This document shows, piece after piece, positions 1 through 13,803 of a stretch of 64,000 bases of DNA; position 1 is the stretch's first letter, and every line of letters starts with the position of its first letter. The notes beneath the pieces were generated by a model, which was not told the DNA's origin, searched no databases, and was given only the letters and a program-made list of their open reading frames with translations. Source of the stretch: Marsupella aquatica (lineage: Eukaryota; Plantae; Marchantiophyta); NCBI GenBank assembly GCA_973895155.1, contig OZ316897.1:21799455-21863454 (forward strand), given 5' to 3'. The translations under genes were made by a program, and so were the position numbers.

Positions 1-1364
1 GAGAAAGAACGATGTACGTCCAAGTCCTGTCCAATTACTTGTTCATATGCTGACTGTCTTCCGTTGAATCTGCGCTTCTAGCTGCACCAGTTCAAATCTT
101 CTTCCGAATTGGCATCATCTAGTAGTTGCAGAGGTTGCTCTTTCTGTACTTCTTTCTCTTCTTTCCCTTCTTTCTTCGTCCCGTTCTTTCTTTCTTTGTT
201 TCTTTCTTGCATTCTTTCTTTCTCGAAGAAGATTTGATAAAGTGCAATTTGGAGCTGAACAATGTGGGAGTCTTCTGTTAACTGCGTACTTATCTCAGAC
301 CTGCTGGTGCAGCAGATCTTCCGCACTGCTGGGTCTCTCCTCCATCTGGTCTTTTTCTCCTTCTTTCCTCTCGCTTTCTAAAATCCAAAGATTTCCAAAT
401 CACTCGATTTCTCCTTTTGACCGTCATTTGTTGAGGGCGAACTTTTTCCCTGCAAAACGAGCAGGTCTTCAGAAACGCGCACCAACAAACGGCCTTGTTG
501 CAGCTATGGTTATTTTTTTTAATTTGGGGGTTCATTCGCACCAGCTGTGCCTGTTTTGGTAGTGAGTCCTGTTTGAGAGCCAACTTTGTTAGCTGCTGTA
601 GAACAGTCTTCCGAGCTGCCACCTTTGGTTTTCTTCGATAGTTTATTTACTCTCCCTCTTCGGTTGAGTAGAATGAGTTTGGAACTGGTGTAGTTGGTTG
701 CCTTGGTTCAATCTGCTGGTACTCCCAATTTGTTGCGTGTAGTTTGATTGTCTTCTTCTCATAGTGGACATTCACATGGGGGCTGGAGGTCATCCACACT
801 GACACCAACTAGCATTTGCAGCAGCAGCAGCTGTCTGTCTTTCTTTCTGTTAATTTGGTTCACTTTGTCAGTCTTCTAGTCAGCTCGAAGATTTTGTACT
901 AGTGTAGGTCTCCCGAACTGGAGAGCTCCCGGCATCTGCTGCAGCTTGTAAATTTCTTCGTTCTTTATTTAATACAAAGAACCGAAGGCGTTTTTTTTGG
1001 GATTATTGTATTGGTGTGTACAATACGAGACTCTTTTTGAAAACGAAAATTCGTCTCTGGCGGAAAGGTCGTCTTCACTGGCATTGATTCGCAATTGCAG
1101 TTCCTCTTGTTCTTGCTTTCCTCTGTTGCTCTTGGTGGATTGATTGAGTTGGCAACGGCCCAGGCATAAGGGAGGACTGATCGTCACCTATCCTGCTGAG
1201 CCATTCTTTGCGTTGGGTATTTGATGCAGGTAGCTCACCTAGGTTTTGTAAAGTAGCAGCTGTGGAGAGTTGCCTGTCGAATTGAAATTGTTTCAAAATC
1301 TCTGGAGTATAAGAGAGAAGACAAGGAGATCCGGGTTGCAAGGCTCGTGACAGGGTGTGGGGAG

Positions 1365-1371
1365 TATATAA
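1365..1371 (+). promoter_or_regulatory. Putative TATA box for the orphan ORF
   Basis: TATATAA 45 bp upstream of the in-frame ATG at 1416. Confidence 0.3.
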
Positions 1372-1415
1372 GCATGGATTTTCACAGCCCCACTCCCTTG
1401 CAAGCACGAGCCCCA

Positions 1416-2006
1416 ATGACAATTTATCTAGTGCACAGAACGCAATGGTACAAATATTTCCACTACCGGAAATGGCGTTGTGACGAAACGACAGACTTGA
1501 TGGGGGCCCACACCACTCTGGACGGAGCGCATGCTGCTGTGGTCCTCGATTTCAAGAAGAAGGCCGAGCTCAGCCGCACTCGATGGTTGCCGGAGCTCTG
1601 GAAAGAGCAGAGAGACAAGAACATCGAAGAATGGCCGCCCGGCAAGCAATTTATGTACATTAATCAGTTCATGAACGAGAGGAAACGAGAGGATGCAGAG
1701 GTGGACGTAGGGTGGACGTACATAGTGACCAACACGACGCTTTGGCAGCACGACAAGAAGAGAAAGAACTCCGACATTGCAGCCGAGACAGACGAGAAAC
1801 TGGGGACTAAGGCCAAAATCAAGACATACGAAAAGCTTCAACTGGTAGTTGTGAAGGAGGACAATGATGACATCTTCGAATTCAACAAAGAGAACAGCTG
1901 CCCTTCATGTGTGAAACTTCTATCCAAAGAGCCTGAAACACCCAGCGTAGAGGGCACCAGATTTTCAGCAGAGAGGAGAAGTCTTGGATACTATTGCCAG
2001 CAATAA
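1416..2006 (+). CDS. Hypothetical protein (~196 aa, single exon, unknown function)
   Basis: Open ORF 1347..2006 with protein-like composition (MTIYLVHRTQW...), ATG at 1416 downstream of a TATA box; no family recognised. Confidence 0.45.
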   Translation: MTIYLVHRTQWYKYFHYRKWRCDETTDLMGAHTTLDGAHAAVVLDFKKKAELSRTRWLPELWKEQRDKNIEEWPPGKQFMYINQFMNERKREDAEVDVGWTYIVTNTTLWQHDKKRKNSDIAAETDEKLGTKAKIKTYEKLQLVVVKEDNDDIFEFNKENSCPSCVKLLSKEPETPSVEGTRFSAERRSLGYYCQQ

Positions 2007-4244
2007 TCACTAACCCGCAGTCTACTCGGGGGGTTCATAGTTCGCCTCACTGTTGTATATTTTTGTAAATATTAGTACCACCTAGAAGTTACACCACCAG
2101 TAAGACCCTTTTCACCTTCTTAACAGTTAGCGTCTCTGGACGACTAACATTTCCGAAATTGCTCTCAATCTGAGAATACAGTTGCGAGATCCTGAAACAA
2201 ACTCACAGACAACATTAGCAAAATACGAGTAGAATGGCGTTGAACTACATTTTCGGCTGGCATGAAGGGACTTCCACACCTGGTCTACACCTCGCGTGTA
2301 AGCTGGCGGCAATGAGGGACCCAGATGAGCAAATGGTAGCTCGCAAGCCCATGTGCGAAGTAGCGTTGTAATGCCAATTTGGTTCGTGTAGTGATTTTCA
2401 GAAGTGGAAGTTGGCTCCAAGTAAATAAAATCCTCTCAAGCTCGGTACGCTTGCGGACTGACAGAACACACTAGACTGGTGATGATGTATGCCAGTTACC
2501 AGTCAGTTATTCAATTCTATAGTTACAGTAAATCCCCCCGACTAAACACCAGATTCCCTCTGCATCCTTCGACCACCTTCAGAACCTTGACTGGAAAGTA
2601 GAACCAAGACGAGCGATTACGAATAGCTGATGGAAAAGAGTCCTCCTTAGTGCATTCATTTAGGTCTAATAGAGAGTCTGAAAGAAATAAGGCAAGTGAA
2701 TAGATGGGTTCTTATAAGGCGGGGGCCGTTACCCTACCTGAATGCCCAATAGCTCGGTATCCAGTGCAGATCCATCTGTGGTGCTGCTGGCCGGCCTCGG
2801 GGATAGTTACTGTCAAGATTGGCCCCGAGAAGTTGGACGAGTAAGAGGACTTCGTGGCATGAATGGCAATTGGTTGCAGATTAAAGAAAGACCTTGGCTG
2901 CAGTTTGTCCACACTGGTTCAGGACTTCCAGGATAGATGATTAGTGATAGCTCTTCTGTTCATACCTAGGCATTTGTGTTTCTCAAGCTAGACAAAGATC
3001 TGTTTTCAAGTTGGTCTCTTTCAAGTTAGGTGATGACAGCCTACCCACTTTCAAGTAGTGACACTGGAGGTCTGCTGCAGTGTTTGATTCGACGTCACTA
3101 CTTCGGGTTGGGGTATTTACGAAGTTCTGGAAGTTCATATTTATGGAAAATGATGTAAAGCTGCAATCATCGCATGTAAATACAATGCAATTTGTGTTTC
3201 TGCGGATGTTTCTGGCTACTCCGTATAGCAAAGTTCTCTGCTTAAGGAGAACCTCGAGTTAGCCCGATATGTTGATCGCAATATCGTGGCTACTCGTAAG
3301 TACCCTAATTGACATGATTCTCTCACCAGTAGAGTGCATGTGCATGTCACTTCAGGCCCTTTGATTCAGATTCTTCAAAATTCTTGCACAACTTAGTTTA
3401 CGATTTTACTTGCGGAACATGAATCTTTCATTAACTCATTGCTCCACTCTTCGACATCAATAGCGTCAGCGGTAGAATGTATCATGCTCAGCAAACAATT
3501 CAAATACTTCAAGCAAAAGACTGATGTGACATCTTTAATTGGAAATATAAATTGATAGAACTAATTTGTAAGATATGTGTACAATACAGATTGGCTTGTA
3601 ACACTGCCTCGGCACATAAATGTCTGACAGTTTCAAACAACGAATTGCCCTAGAAATTCCATGGAACCATTGGGTGAAACCATCGTCTTCTACGACTGCT
3701 CTGACTACCTTAGGAAAACTCTCTCGCAGCTAGTGTCACAAAGCCAAGGTAGAACTTGGAAACTAGATTCTGAATGTCCGTTTCAATTTTTGCCTCAATT
3801 TTTTACAAAGCGGGAGAGCTCACTTCGTCCGTGGGCCAAGTGGATTGAGCTGATGGAGGCTCTTTAGTCCAGGAGAGCCTCTCGATTCTCGCATTCCAGT
3901 CAGCCTTCATTGCTTGCAACCTGGGGACATTCTGTGGGTTCACAAGTAGCTAGAGTCTGACTCGATGCATAACTCTCCAATCTTGCCAACCCAGGGCACC
4001 CGAAGCGTGCGCCCCCTGCCACAAACTCATGGAGGAAACGTTCACTGCCAGCCCAGTCGCCCCACGAAGAACCAACCCTTGGTATTGTAACAGAATAGCC
4101 AGCAGGCCAGTCCAGAGGGCCTTGCACGAGGCGGGTGGTAGACCAAAAACGCCAGCTTTGGCAGATATAGCCGGAGTTAGGTAGATGACGCTGCCTCATC
4201 CTTGAGTAAACCAACCAACCAATCCGAGATGAGGACTGTCTCTC

Positions 4245-7200
4245 TCATGCTGAGGACCTTGCATTTGCACTTACAGTGGTAACGGAGGCTTCTTCCAAAC
4301 TCCGCCTCTTTTCTACCTTAGTGAAAGCTTCTAACATGTCACCTTCTTGCCACTCAGCAAAATCTTCAACACCCACTCCACATTCCAAACCTGCCACAAC
4401 CTGCATCCATCCATCGTAAGTGAGTCAACCGTATCAACATTATCCAGTCCTCTGTGGAAACATTATAGAATTTGAGAGCTTCAGGTACGGTCGATTAAAA
4501 GTGTCGTGTATTCGGAAAATGGTCTCAAAGGTGTATATAATGTGTATGAGTTAGAGAATGATGATGTAAATCACCTCTTTCGCCATTTCCTTGACTCTCT
4601 TCAAGGAGTCCAACAAACCAGTATGAACTGCGGAGCCTTTCCTCATGACCTTCAGTCCACAACCTTTCACCAACTTGCCTTCTGTTACCATACAGCCTGC
4701 CACACGTCCACTGCCACTTCCAAAAACGGCCCTAACTTCTGCTTGCCCAAGTGGTATCTCCTCCTGCAGCAAAAATGATCGGATTAAACCTGGTCCAGAG
4801 AGAGTAATGATATGGACGACCAAACCACAGTCCATTGCATCACACCCAACTTGAAATGCCCTATATTGCAGGCATCTCAATTGTACTGGAAAGCTAAGTT
4901 GCAATCTTTACCCCTTTCTCACACAATACAACCGAAATCCTGGGGTTGGGACTGACAAATACCTCAACAACATCGAGCATTCCCTCCATGGCCTTCCGCA
5001 TGTCATCCAGCAATTCATAGATGACATCATACTTGCGAACTTCAACTCCCTGCTTTTCAGCCATGGCTTGTATGCTGGGCTGTATAGCTACGTTGAAACC
5101 TATGACGATAGCTTGGCTTGCTGTCGCAAGATCAATATCACTAGCGCTAACCTCCCCTACCGACTGCATCAAAAACCGCAGACCCACAGTGTTTTGCGGA
5201 AGCTCTTGCAAAGCCTCTCTAATTGCCTCAACCGAACCCTGTTCAATGCATAGCACCGAGGAGCATGAGAAAGTTGTAAAGTTGGAGTAATTTCAAGTCG
5301 TGTTTGGTAAAGCGCTATAATTGGTCACCTCAAAAATGAAAAATATTTAAGCTACAAACCCTTGCACAGCTTTTTGGCTTACCTGAACATCCACCTTCAA
5401 CACAACATTCAGCATATGATGCTCTGTAGCGGATGATTCTTCTCCTGCAAGTGCGTTGCCAAGGGATGCAAGGGTAACCTTGCCTTCACCAGCTTGAGCC
5501 GTTAAGCGCTGTTTTCGCAATGCTAATGCTCGTTCTGATGCCAAATCTCGTGCTGCATCTATAGAGTCCATAATTTCAAATTCATCCCCGGCAACGGGCA
5601 CATTGCCAAGGCCAGTTACCTGCACAATGAATGAAAGAATTATTTTGCAACTCTCATTCATTTAAGGATTTTCTCCAATGTTGATTGGGGTCTCAATGTG
5701 GGTAGTCATTGAACTCAGACATCTTGTAATGAGAACATTTGTATACAAATCTCAATTTACCCCAGATTTTCCAATGTAGACACATGTTTAGGTCTTTTTC
5801 TTTTTGTTATTTTGGTTTCGGGTGGGGTTCTTGTGGGGGTGCGGTAGCACAATGTCTATCGGTCTCGAACTAATTTACCACTATGGTCGTCATGGTGACT
5901 GTCAGTCAGAATATAATTGTATGGGAGGGATCCTTACTTGCACAGCTGTTGAAGGCCCAGCTTCTTCTACAATCGCTCCAGTGTCATCAGTCATAGCTCG
6001 AACCTGATCATGTAAGATGAAGTTTTAGTCCATAGACAACAATATGGCTCACAGGACAACAAAAATCCCAGGAAAGCATTCTCAGTCACAGGAAGCTCAG
6101 AATCACAATTCGCACCTTTCCATAGGATTCGCCACATAGCACAACATCTCCCTTCCGTAGTGTACCGTTTTGTACAAGCAAAGTTGCCACGGTTCCCCTT
6201 GTTTTGTCAAGACGAGCCTCAATGATAGTACCCTTGGCACTGCGATCTGGGTTGGCCCGCAGTTCTTGGATCTGTATACACGTTTTTATATCAGCAATGT
6301 GCATATGTAGACTCTTCATATCTCGATACAGGCTAGTAATCGTAGCATCTGACGAGATTATTCCTCATCAGATTTTTGGTTCCTTGAAGTGCTCAGTTTG
6401 TCCCTACAATCTTCTCAAAAGCCGCAATTAAGTACCGATACCACTTCCCTAACGTATTCATATGGTAAAGGGGAACCCTAAGGTCTGATAAGGTCAGAAC
6501 TCCAATTTTAATCCGACAAATTCCTTCATGCTCGTACTAGCTAGCCCATAGGTTGTTTATAGCCAGTCAAAAGATAAACCACAAGAAAGTACCTCTGCCA
6601 TAAGCATGATGGTCTCCAAGAGTGATTCCACTCCAGTTCCTGTTTTGGCACTGACCTGCATCACCAAGCAGACCACACCTACCTTAGTGATGCTCAATAG
6701 GTAACGCTTTCAGATGAGCACCGATGCCAGAGCGCAAATAGCTACGCTTGCAAAGGAGAATCCCAGGTGAGGACAATTATTACCGCTTCAACAAGTCCAG
6801 GTCTCACTAAACCGAGCAGATGAACAAAGCAAAGTTAAATTCGTTGCACGAACCTGTACTGCTGGAACATCACCACCCCAGTCTTCTACCATCACACCGT
6901 GAGTGGATAACTCTTGCATCACTCGCTCTGGTTGAGCTCCTTCCTTGTCCATCTGCAGCAAAAACGAAAGGTCTTCCTTGAGATGATGCAACATACTCGT
7001 ATTGTATAATCAGAAGGTGACGCATCAAAATCTTGACAATTAAAACAACAAACAGCCCAGCCATGCACTTTCTGCTCGCTCTGTCCAGTAACGACGTTAG
7101 TTGAGGACAAACAGATTCGCACGCCTCACCTTGTTTATGGCAACCACAAAGGGCACACCTGCAGCCTTTGCATGGGCTATGGCTTCCAAGGACTGAGGGC

Positions 7201-9543
7201 GGACACCGTCATCTGCTGCCACCACAATAACCGCAATGTCTGTGACACGAGTTCCTCGTGCACGCATTGCACTAAATGCCTGTCAAGTCGATTGCCCACC
7301 CAATATTATAATCACTTCAGTTGTTTCTTGGTTGGACGTGAAAAATATCCATTTTCATAATTTAAAATAGTGGCCGGGAAGGGAAAACTCCAATCATTCA
7401 AAGCTTGCAGTAGTACTACTGTAGCCAACCTGGTGTCCAGGAGTGTCGAGGAAAACACAGTCTTCCTGTTCACCTCCCACTTGCACAAGCACACGGTAAG
7501 CACCAATTCCTTGTGTGATGCCACCAGCCTCACCAGCAGCAACCTGCAGAAGATTCAAAAACTCTTCGTTTCACAATCTCAACCGAGGCAAACTGGCTGG
7601 TCCGTTAAACACAAATCCCCATTCCTCAACAGTACCTTTCTTGGGAAGTTTTAATACCATTCGAAATTTAGATGAATTATTTAAAGCAATTATTTTGGAG
7701 AATCAATTCATTTTCAATATCCACCAGTTGTTCAATCTGTCACAGTAACACTGATTATCAAAGTGGTCAGGTTGACCTGAACAAGTATAAATCGCTAAGG
7801 GTGAAGGGTTATTAACGATTCTCACCTTTGATTTTCTGATGTAGTCCAGTAGAGACGTCTGCAGAGATATATACAAAAGGAATCAGTCAATAAGGTAATT
7901 CAACAGTGAAGAAGGAATTCTGTCAGGAACGGAGATGGAGCTTTCTCGCAAAAGGAAAGCCTGGCGTAACCCATGCCACACTCTGACCCAAATTCCGTGA
8001 CCAAATGCATAAGTTGTTCCTCACACTGAACTGAGAGACTCCATCCAGTAAAATATACAGCTAAGAAAAGGCTTTATCAGAAAAGCGCCCAGCGCGACTG
8101 CGAAGCTTTGGTAGAAGAAAAACTCTGGAAATTATCCTCTCTGCGTCCTTGCATTATTGTTCCCCTCATAGAAACACCAGAGAGAATTACCTTGCCATGA
8201 TCGACGTGTCCCATAATGGTAACTACAGGGGGACGGACTTCAAGGTATTCCAGATCCTGCTCATCCAGAAATTCGGTGGTCTTCTTCGCCATTTCCTCAA
8301 CCTTGATAGTTCCAGCTTCCACGACCTCCACTTCGAATTCATGGCATACCAGACGAACAGTCTCTTCATCCAAGGTTTGATTCACCATAGTGGCAATTCC
8401 TTTCAAAAACAGAGTCTTGACCACCTCGCTATCATTTACCGCCAGTTTAGCTGCCAAATCGGCCACTGACATTCCTTCCTTGCCAACCTCGAGAATGTCA
8501 ACTTTGACAGGGGCTGCTGCTCTGGCTGCCTCAGCCTTCACCGCCTTCCTGCTTGCCTTGGTTTGCTTCCTGGCTCTTGGCCGGGCCAAACCCTTTCCAA
8601 CAATAGGGCTGTCTAGATCCACCGTGGCATCAGCATCATCTTTCTCCCTCGCAGCCACTCTTCGCCTAGCTCCGTCCGAAACACTGGACGCTTGCTTCTT
8701 TCTCCAGTCCTCTTTACCTTTGACAGGGGCATTCTTTGTGAATTTCGGTGCAGCAGCTGCAGGGGAATTTGTAGCGGGAGCTCCTCCGCCAGCGGATGCC
8801 CCTGGGCGTCTAGGGGAAGCGCCCACATCTCTCAAAATGGGCCCCTTCCGAGCTGGTTTCTCGCCATCCACTGCATTTCCGGAATCCGCAGGCTTAGGTC
8901 GGGTTGTTGTCACCGGACTCCTGGCCTGGGCTCTAAAGCTGGCATCCGGCCTGAATGATTGAACAAAATCTCTGGCTCCAGCTTCTCGTTTCACCTCTGC
9001 TCCTGCATCCCTCTGAGCTTGTGTGGGTCCTCCACTGTTGGGATTCGAGGGCGTCCACTGGGTTGCGTTGCTCCTCGGTGGTGGCCTTGATTGTGCAGAT
9101 GGTCTACTAGGCGGTGGAGCAAAGGAGGGTTTTCTTGGTGGTGCTGGTGCTGGAGCCATTGGAGCTCTCACCGGTGGTTTTGGTGCTTCTTTCAACACTC
9201 CTTCTTCAGCTTCTTCAGCTGATGCAGAGAATGAAGTCGGAGCTGGTGTTTCCTGTTCCTTTACTGGAGATGGTGACGGAGAGGGAGACGCTCCAGCTGA
9301 CTCTTTCGGTTTTTCCATATCCTCGACATTCTTGAGAATGTGTCCCAAGCTCTGCACCGAGCTGGCCTCAGCAGCAGCCACGCCATCGCCAGGTCTGTAA
9401 GCGACTTTCAGCGAGCTCCGCACCTTCGTTCTGCCAACTCTCCTGATCGAGATTCGCATCCTAGAATCGAGATACACATTCGAGACCGCCATAAACCGAA
9501 TCCTGGAATCAAAACAGACATTGGAGACCGCCATGGAAGTCAT
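4245..9543 (-). CDS. infB: Chloroplast translation initiation factor IF2 (nuclear-encoded, 12 exons, ~963 aa)
   Basis: Exons 9543-8191, 7858-7826, 7543-7430, 7279-7130, 6952-6854, 6655-6593, 6271-6116, 6003-5938, 5619-5383, 5238-4963, 4763-4575, 4400-4245; all introns GT-AG and phase 0. Motifs [20 protein letters not shown] (G1), [19 protein letters not shown] (G3), AINK-D (G4), GLECG near the C-terminus; Ser/Arg-rich transit-peptide-like N-terminus. Start Met is uncertain (9543 or 9534). Confidence 0.95.
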
Positions 9544-12500
9544 CGTATCCGAAACCGCAAGCTCCGCGCAAATCAACGCTTCTTCACTCACAGACAGAAC
9601 CCGCCATACCCGCCCGCAAAGTGCTCTTCCCCGAGACACAAATCGCACTCCCCCAAAATCCTGTAATCCTTCTTCAGTCCCAGAGAGAACCCGCCATAAC
9701 CCCTCCTGGGAACAGGGCACAAGCGTCACACTTTAATTCAAGCATTGTCGGAGAAAATCCCATTGCGAAGTTAGGACCAAATCTACAGACCACAGTTTCA
9801 GACCAAGCTTTAGTGGCTACTATACTCTTAGTTGTTTTTGAAAGAGTTACTAGGGCATGTCCAATTTGACATTTCGCATAAAGCTCCTGTTCAATTTCCT
9901 ATGATGAGACAAGTCACGGGAGTGCCATAATGGGTAGAAAATGACAGGACCGCACGAGGAGCTATCCCATGAGCGGATTGACCGTCTCATCTCATCCTGT
10001 CCCACGAAACGCCATAAAAAACAGACATGTCGTAGCGATTTGACACTCCATTCCACTCATGACAGAACTATAGTCCACGGAAACCTTATTGCCAGGATCA
10101 CAACTGCTAGACTGCCTAAGCAGCAAACCGCCCCAACAGGACAACACTTGCCCTTCGGGCTTTATCTGAGACAATGCACTTGTGAGAGGGCTCTAGACAA
10201 AGTGGATCCAAGAGCCCTAGAGGTTGCAGTAGCAGGACAGGTGTTGAAATACAATAGGTGCTGCAGGAACCCGGCTGCCCAATCGAACGGGAGTAAACTT
10301 AGCTGCCCAATCGAATGGGACTAAACAGAGCTAAGCTGCCCACTACACAAGCTGCCCAGTATCTTTTTCTGACGTCGTAGCTCGGGATAAGAGATTCTCG
10401 GAGAATCCAGGATCCAACGGACAGAGAAGTCCTTCTGACTCCCAGATTTTCCGGATGAAGCTCCTGGCCGAGAGTTGGCCACGCTAGGGACTCACCTGCG
10501 CCCTTCTGTTTTCATTGATAGCTGATTAGACGCAGAGGACTGTAGTGCGATCAGAAATTGTTGGGGCCGGTGAAAAAATACAGAGGGCTTCGGTACGTGT
10601 TTCACGTTGGAAAGTACATTTCGTTAACTCATCTCTGCCATTATGTTTTCCTGGAAACTTGATTACTATGATCAGAATTTGATAGGCTACATTGGAAAGT
10701 GTCCAAAACTCACCAAATGGCTTTACATCGGAAAGTCTTATGTTCCTCTTCAATTTACTGTAGAGATCATAAAAGCGAGCTCAGGTTGTCCATTTAGGTG
10801 TAGTTGCGTCGATCCCATCTATTCGAATGTGGCAGATTGAAGCTTAATTAATCCAATCTATTTTATGGACGCCCAACAAGCTGTAGTTGCGAGCTCAGTA
10901 GCGGATGTAGTGGACCGAAAGACTTGTGAACGCCTGGTTGAGCTCCTGACTGTGGTTGTGCTAATTGAGCTCAGAGAAGGATCATAAATTAACATTCGAC
11001 CTCACGCCTTCAAATTGGTTGAGATAGGCTAATTACTCGTTCCTGATTGGATCATAATCCTGAAATTTCCGTCTCCCTTCGTCCGGCGTGAGCTAGGTGA
11101 CAATTTCTCTTAGTTTTTAGGGGCCCCTCTAAGATAGAGCTTTGACGACGAACGAACGATCCAAGAAAATATTAGTGGAGTTCAGTCCACTCCTAATTCC
11201 ACTCAAACCGTAAATACCCACTACGAAGAAGGAGAAGAGCCGTGTAGCCAACCCGGAACGTTGTCGTTTCATGGGAAGAAGACTACTCCATACATTCCCT
11301 TCAAAATTTTCCTGAAACTTTAAGGTCGTGGGTCTAGTGTAGTCGTAAAGTATGCGTAACCTCAAAGATTAATGGGGTGACATGACGATAACCCAGTCAA
11401 GCGAGGCTTTGCATGAGTAGTACCCGAAGTTCAAAACAGAGGCAATGAGACGATTCAAATTCATTTAGGTGCATCAGTTGACATCTACGCTCGTCGATCA
11501 AGGTAAGTGCGTACTGCACCGCGTTTATGGGACCATGAGCAGTGCAAGCGTTTACCTGGTCCGACAAATTGTCAAAGAGAAGGTCCTGCAAAAATTGATC
11601 CGTCTTCAAGACAGCCAAACAGATTGCCCGGTGCTGGAATTTGGACGGTCTTGGTAGGCTGATCATTTCCACCATGAACAGAACGAAAAACCGATTTCGT
11701 GGTTGTTTGTTGTGATTCCAAAACGATGATTTTGAATCGGCTGAGACCTCATGGCTTTTCAATGATCTTCTTCAGACGCCTCGCTTCAGGGTCTAAACCC
11801 TTGCCATTGTAACCCTGAGTAGCCATTCCTATACATCCTCTCAAAGATGCACAAACGAGGTCTCGAACTGATCTAAAGTAGGTCTGAAGTGGCAGCTTTT
11901 TAATTCACCGTCCTGTGAGTGTGCCAAAAGTGAGCCGTCAGGCAGGTACATGCATGACCAGCACTGGAGGAGCAAATTAGCTCAGGGAAAATAGGTGGAC
12001 ACATTTTAATTTAACAATTCAGCCACTGGACCCACTTGAGCCAGAGACGCCACGATGTACCTGGAGTAGCCATGAATTAGAACTAGAGGAAGGATTCTTG
12101 GTGGTCAACTAAAATTTAGTTCCTTTTAAATTTAGACCAGTACTGAGGCTCCGAATGGTCGATCTCGGCCAGTTTTTCAACAGAGATCGACAATTTTTGA
12201 CCGAGACCTAGATCGAGATTATTCATCGAGTGGGGTGGCCTTTTAATTTTCAAGTCTTAACTTTGTGAAGGAAGAACTAAGGGGGAAGAGCATATAAGGA
12301 GCCAAGCCGAGAGATAATATTTTGAAGGAGCATGCATGGCAGGGAAAGAGAAAGCTTTAGAGCTCGTACCACTCCGCAAGGGTGAGCAGAGCACGCCTCT
12401 GCCACTTGCTGAAGACATGGACGCCAAGCCCACCGTTGGGAAGGGTGAAGCTAGCACCTCTGCGGATCGTAGCTCAAACGAGAGCTCAAATAGTTTCAAA

Positions 12501-13260
12501 CCGTTCGTACTGATCAAGAAATAGGGTGAGTTTGGGTCCTGGACTTGGGATGTAAGTTCCGATATCTGCGTCATGATCTGTGAGAACCCACATTGCGGTT
12601 CACTGCATCGAGTGCTGGCAGGCTACTCTAGCAACCACTGAACAGTCCACGGTCGGATGCGATGTTTGCAGCATGGCACATTCAAAAGATTGAGTGAGTT
12701 CCCGATTGAGTGATTTCTGGCCCCGAAGTTGGTTGGTAGAAGCAAGTCAGATGGTTCCTTCAGTTATCGGGTGGCATGGGGACTTAACAGAAAACAGTGT
12801 CATGTGCATGGAGTATTGTTTCAAGAATTTTTCTGCAGTTAAATCTTGTTCCGTTGTTCATTGTCGGCATTTCAGCTTTGGATACAGAAAGACACAAACG
12901 GTTCATCTCATTGCAAATGATTATGAATAATGACAATCAACTAAACACATAAAAACCGAGGAACTTTACTGAATATGCGGCAGCCGTCACTCCCAGTAAT
13001 AATTATTGCCAATGCAAAATGTGGAGCGTACAACTACCCTACTCTAACTCCACCGATTTATTCTCCTATCTTAGCGAGACAGAGAGTTGTCCGCAGCTTG
13101 ATCGACAAGCTATCACGGTGGGAGTGCAAGTATTATACATTTTGCAAATTATCTAGTATATTTTGTCTGTTCAGAGAGTCTCTGCATTCGACATCAGATT
13201 GCTAGCTTTCCTACTGGAAATCATAGTTAGCTAGTCATAACTTTCTTTGGCGCACACACT

Positions 13261-13803
13261 TCACAACTGCTTGTAAGAAGCACCATGAGATTCGAGCCAA
13301 TTTGCTTTCGCTGCATCGGGGATGGTCTGCATCTGCGAGTACATCTCAGCTGCTTCGGAGGTTGTGAGAATCCAGTTACCCTTCGCGCCATCGTCAGTGT
13401 AGACTACACCAGTAGGCTTCATCTGGCTGTCACATGTCTGGGAATCAGTCAGGAGCGATCGGCGTCCAGCTTGGTACCAGAAAGCTCCGGTGAACTGGCC
13501 TCCAACTAAGCAGAAGTTGCCTTTGCCCGAGCCGACCTGCGTGGTACAGCCTCCATTTCTGTAAAATTTGCTGACCTGAGAACTTCCAGATGTGCTTGTG
13601 ACCAGCACAGAGCCGCCGTCTTTTGCGCTCACTACACAGCAAATGTTGGATTTGATGCCATTGAATGAGTAGCCGCTCCCTTTGCACTGCGAGGTGCTTT
13701 CGTAGATTATGATATCAACTGCTCCAACGAGGCTTGAGAACTGCAGCAACAGAAGCACTGGCAGCACCGCATACACGACGCCCATTGCGCTGATCTTCGC
13801 CAT
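13261..13803 (-). CDS. Small secreted cysteine-containing protein (~180 aa)
   Basis: Open ORF; hydrophobic signal peptide MAKISAMGVVYAVLPVLLLLQFSSLVGA; Cys pattern C-x14-CC-x-C-x-C; RRSLL processing-like motif; splice acceptor (ttgcag) just upstream of ATG suggests a 5' UTR intron. Confidence 0.75.
   Translation of the reverse strand: MAKISAMGVVYAVLPVLLLLQFSSLVGAVDIIIYESTSQCKGSGYSFNGIKSNICCVVSAKDGGSVLVTSTSGSSQVSKFYRNGGCTTQVGSGKGNFCLVGGQFTGAFWYQAGRRSLLTDSQTCDSQMKPTGVVYTDDGAKGNWILTTSEAAEMYSQMQTIPDAAKANWLESHGASYKQL

Noticed and set aside
2026-2038. ctcgggggggttca resembling the MITE TIR
   Set aside because: Short imperfect match with no partner TIR or TSD
8149-9666. Plus-strand ORFs overlapping IF2 exon 1, and the 62-codon upstream extension to 9729
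   Set aside because: These are antisense shadows of a real coding exon; the extension begins at a non-ATG codon and is probably 5' UTR
10640-11760. Possible NB-ARC/NLR pseudogene (EIIKASSGCP resembling the GLPL region; VLHRVY)
   Set aside because: No P-loop or kinase-2 motif was found and the frames are too fragmentary to support a call
12336-12524. 62-aa ORF downstream of a TATA-like sequence
   Set aside because: Too short, with no homology or motif support
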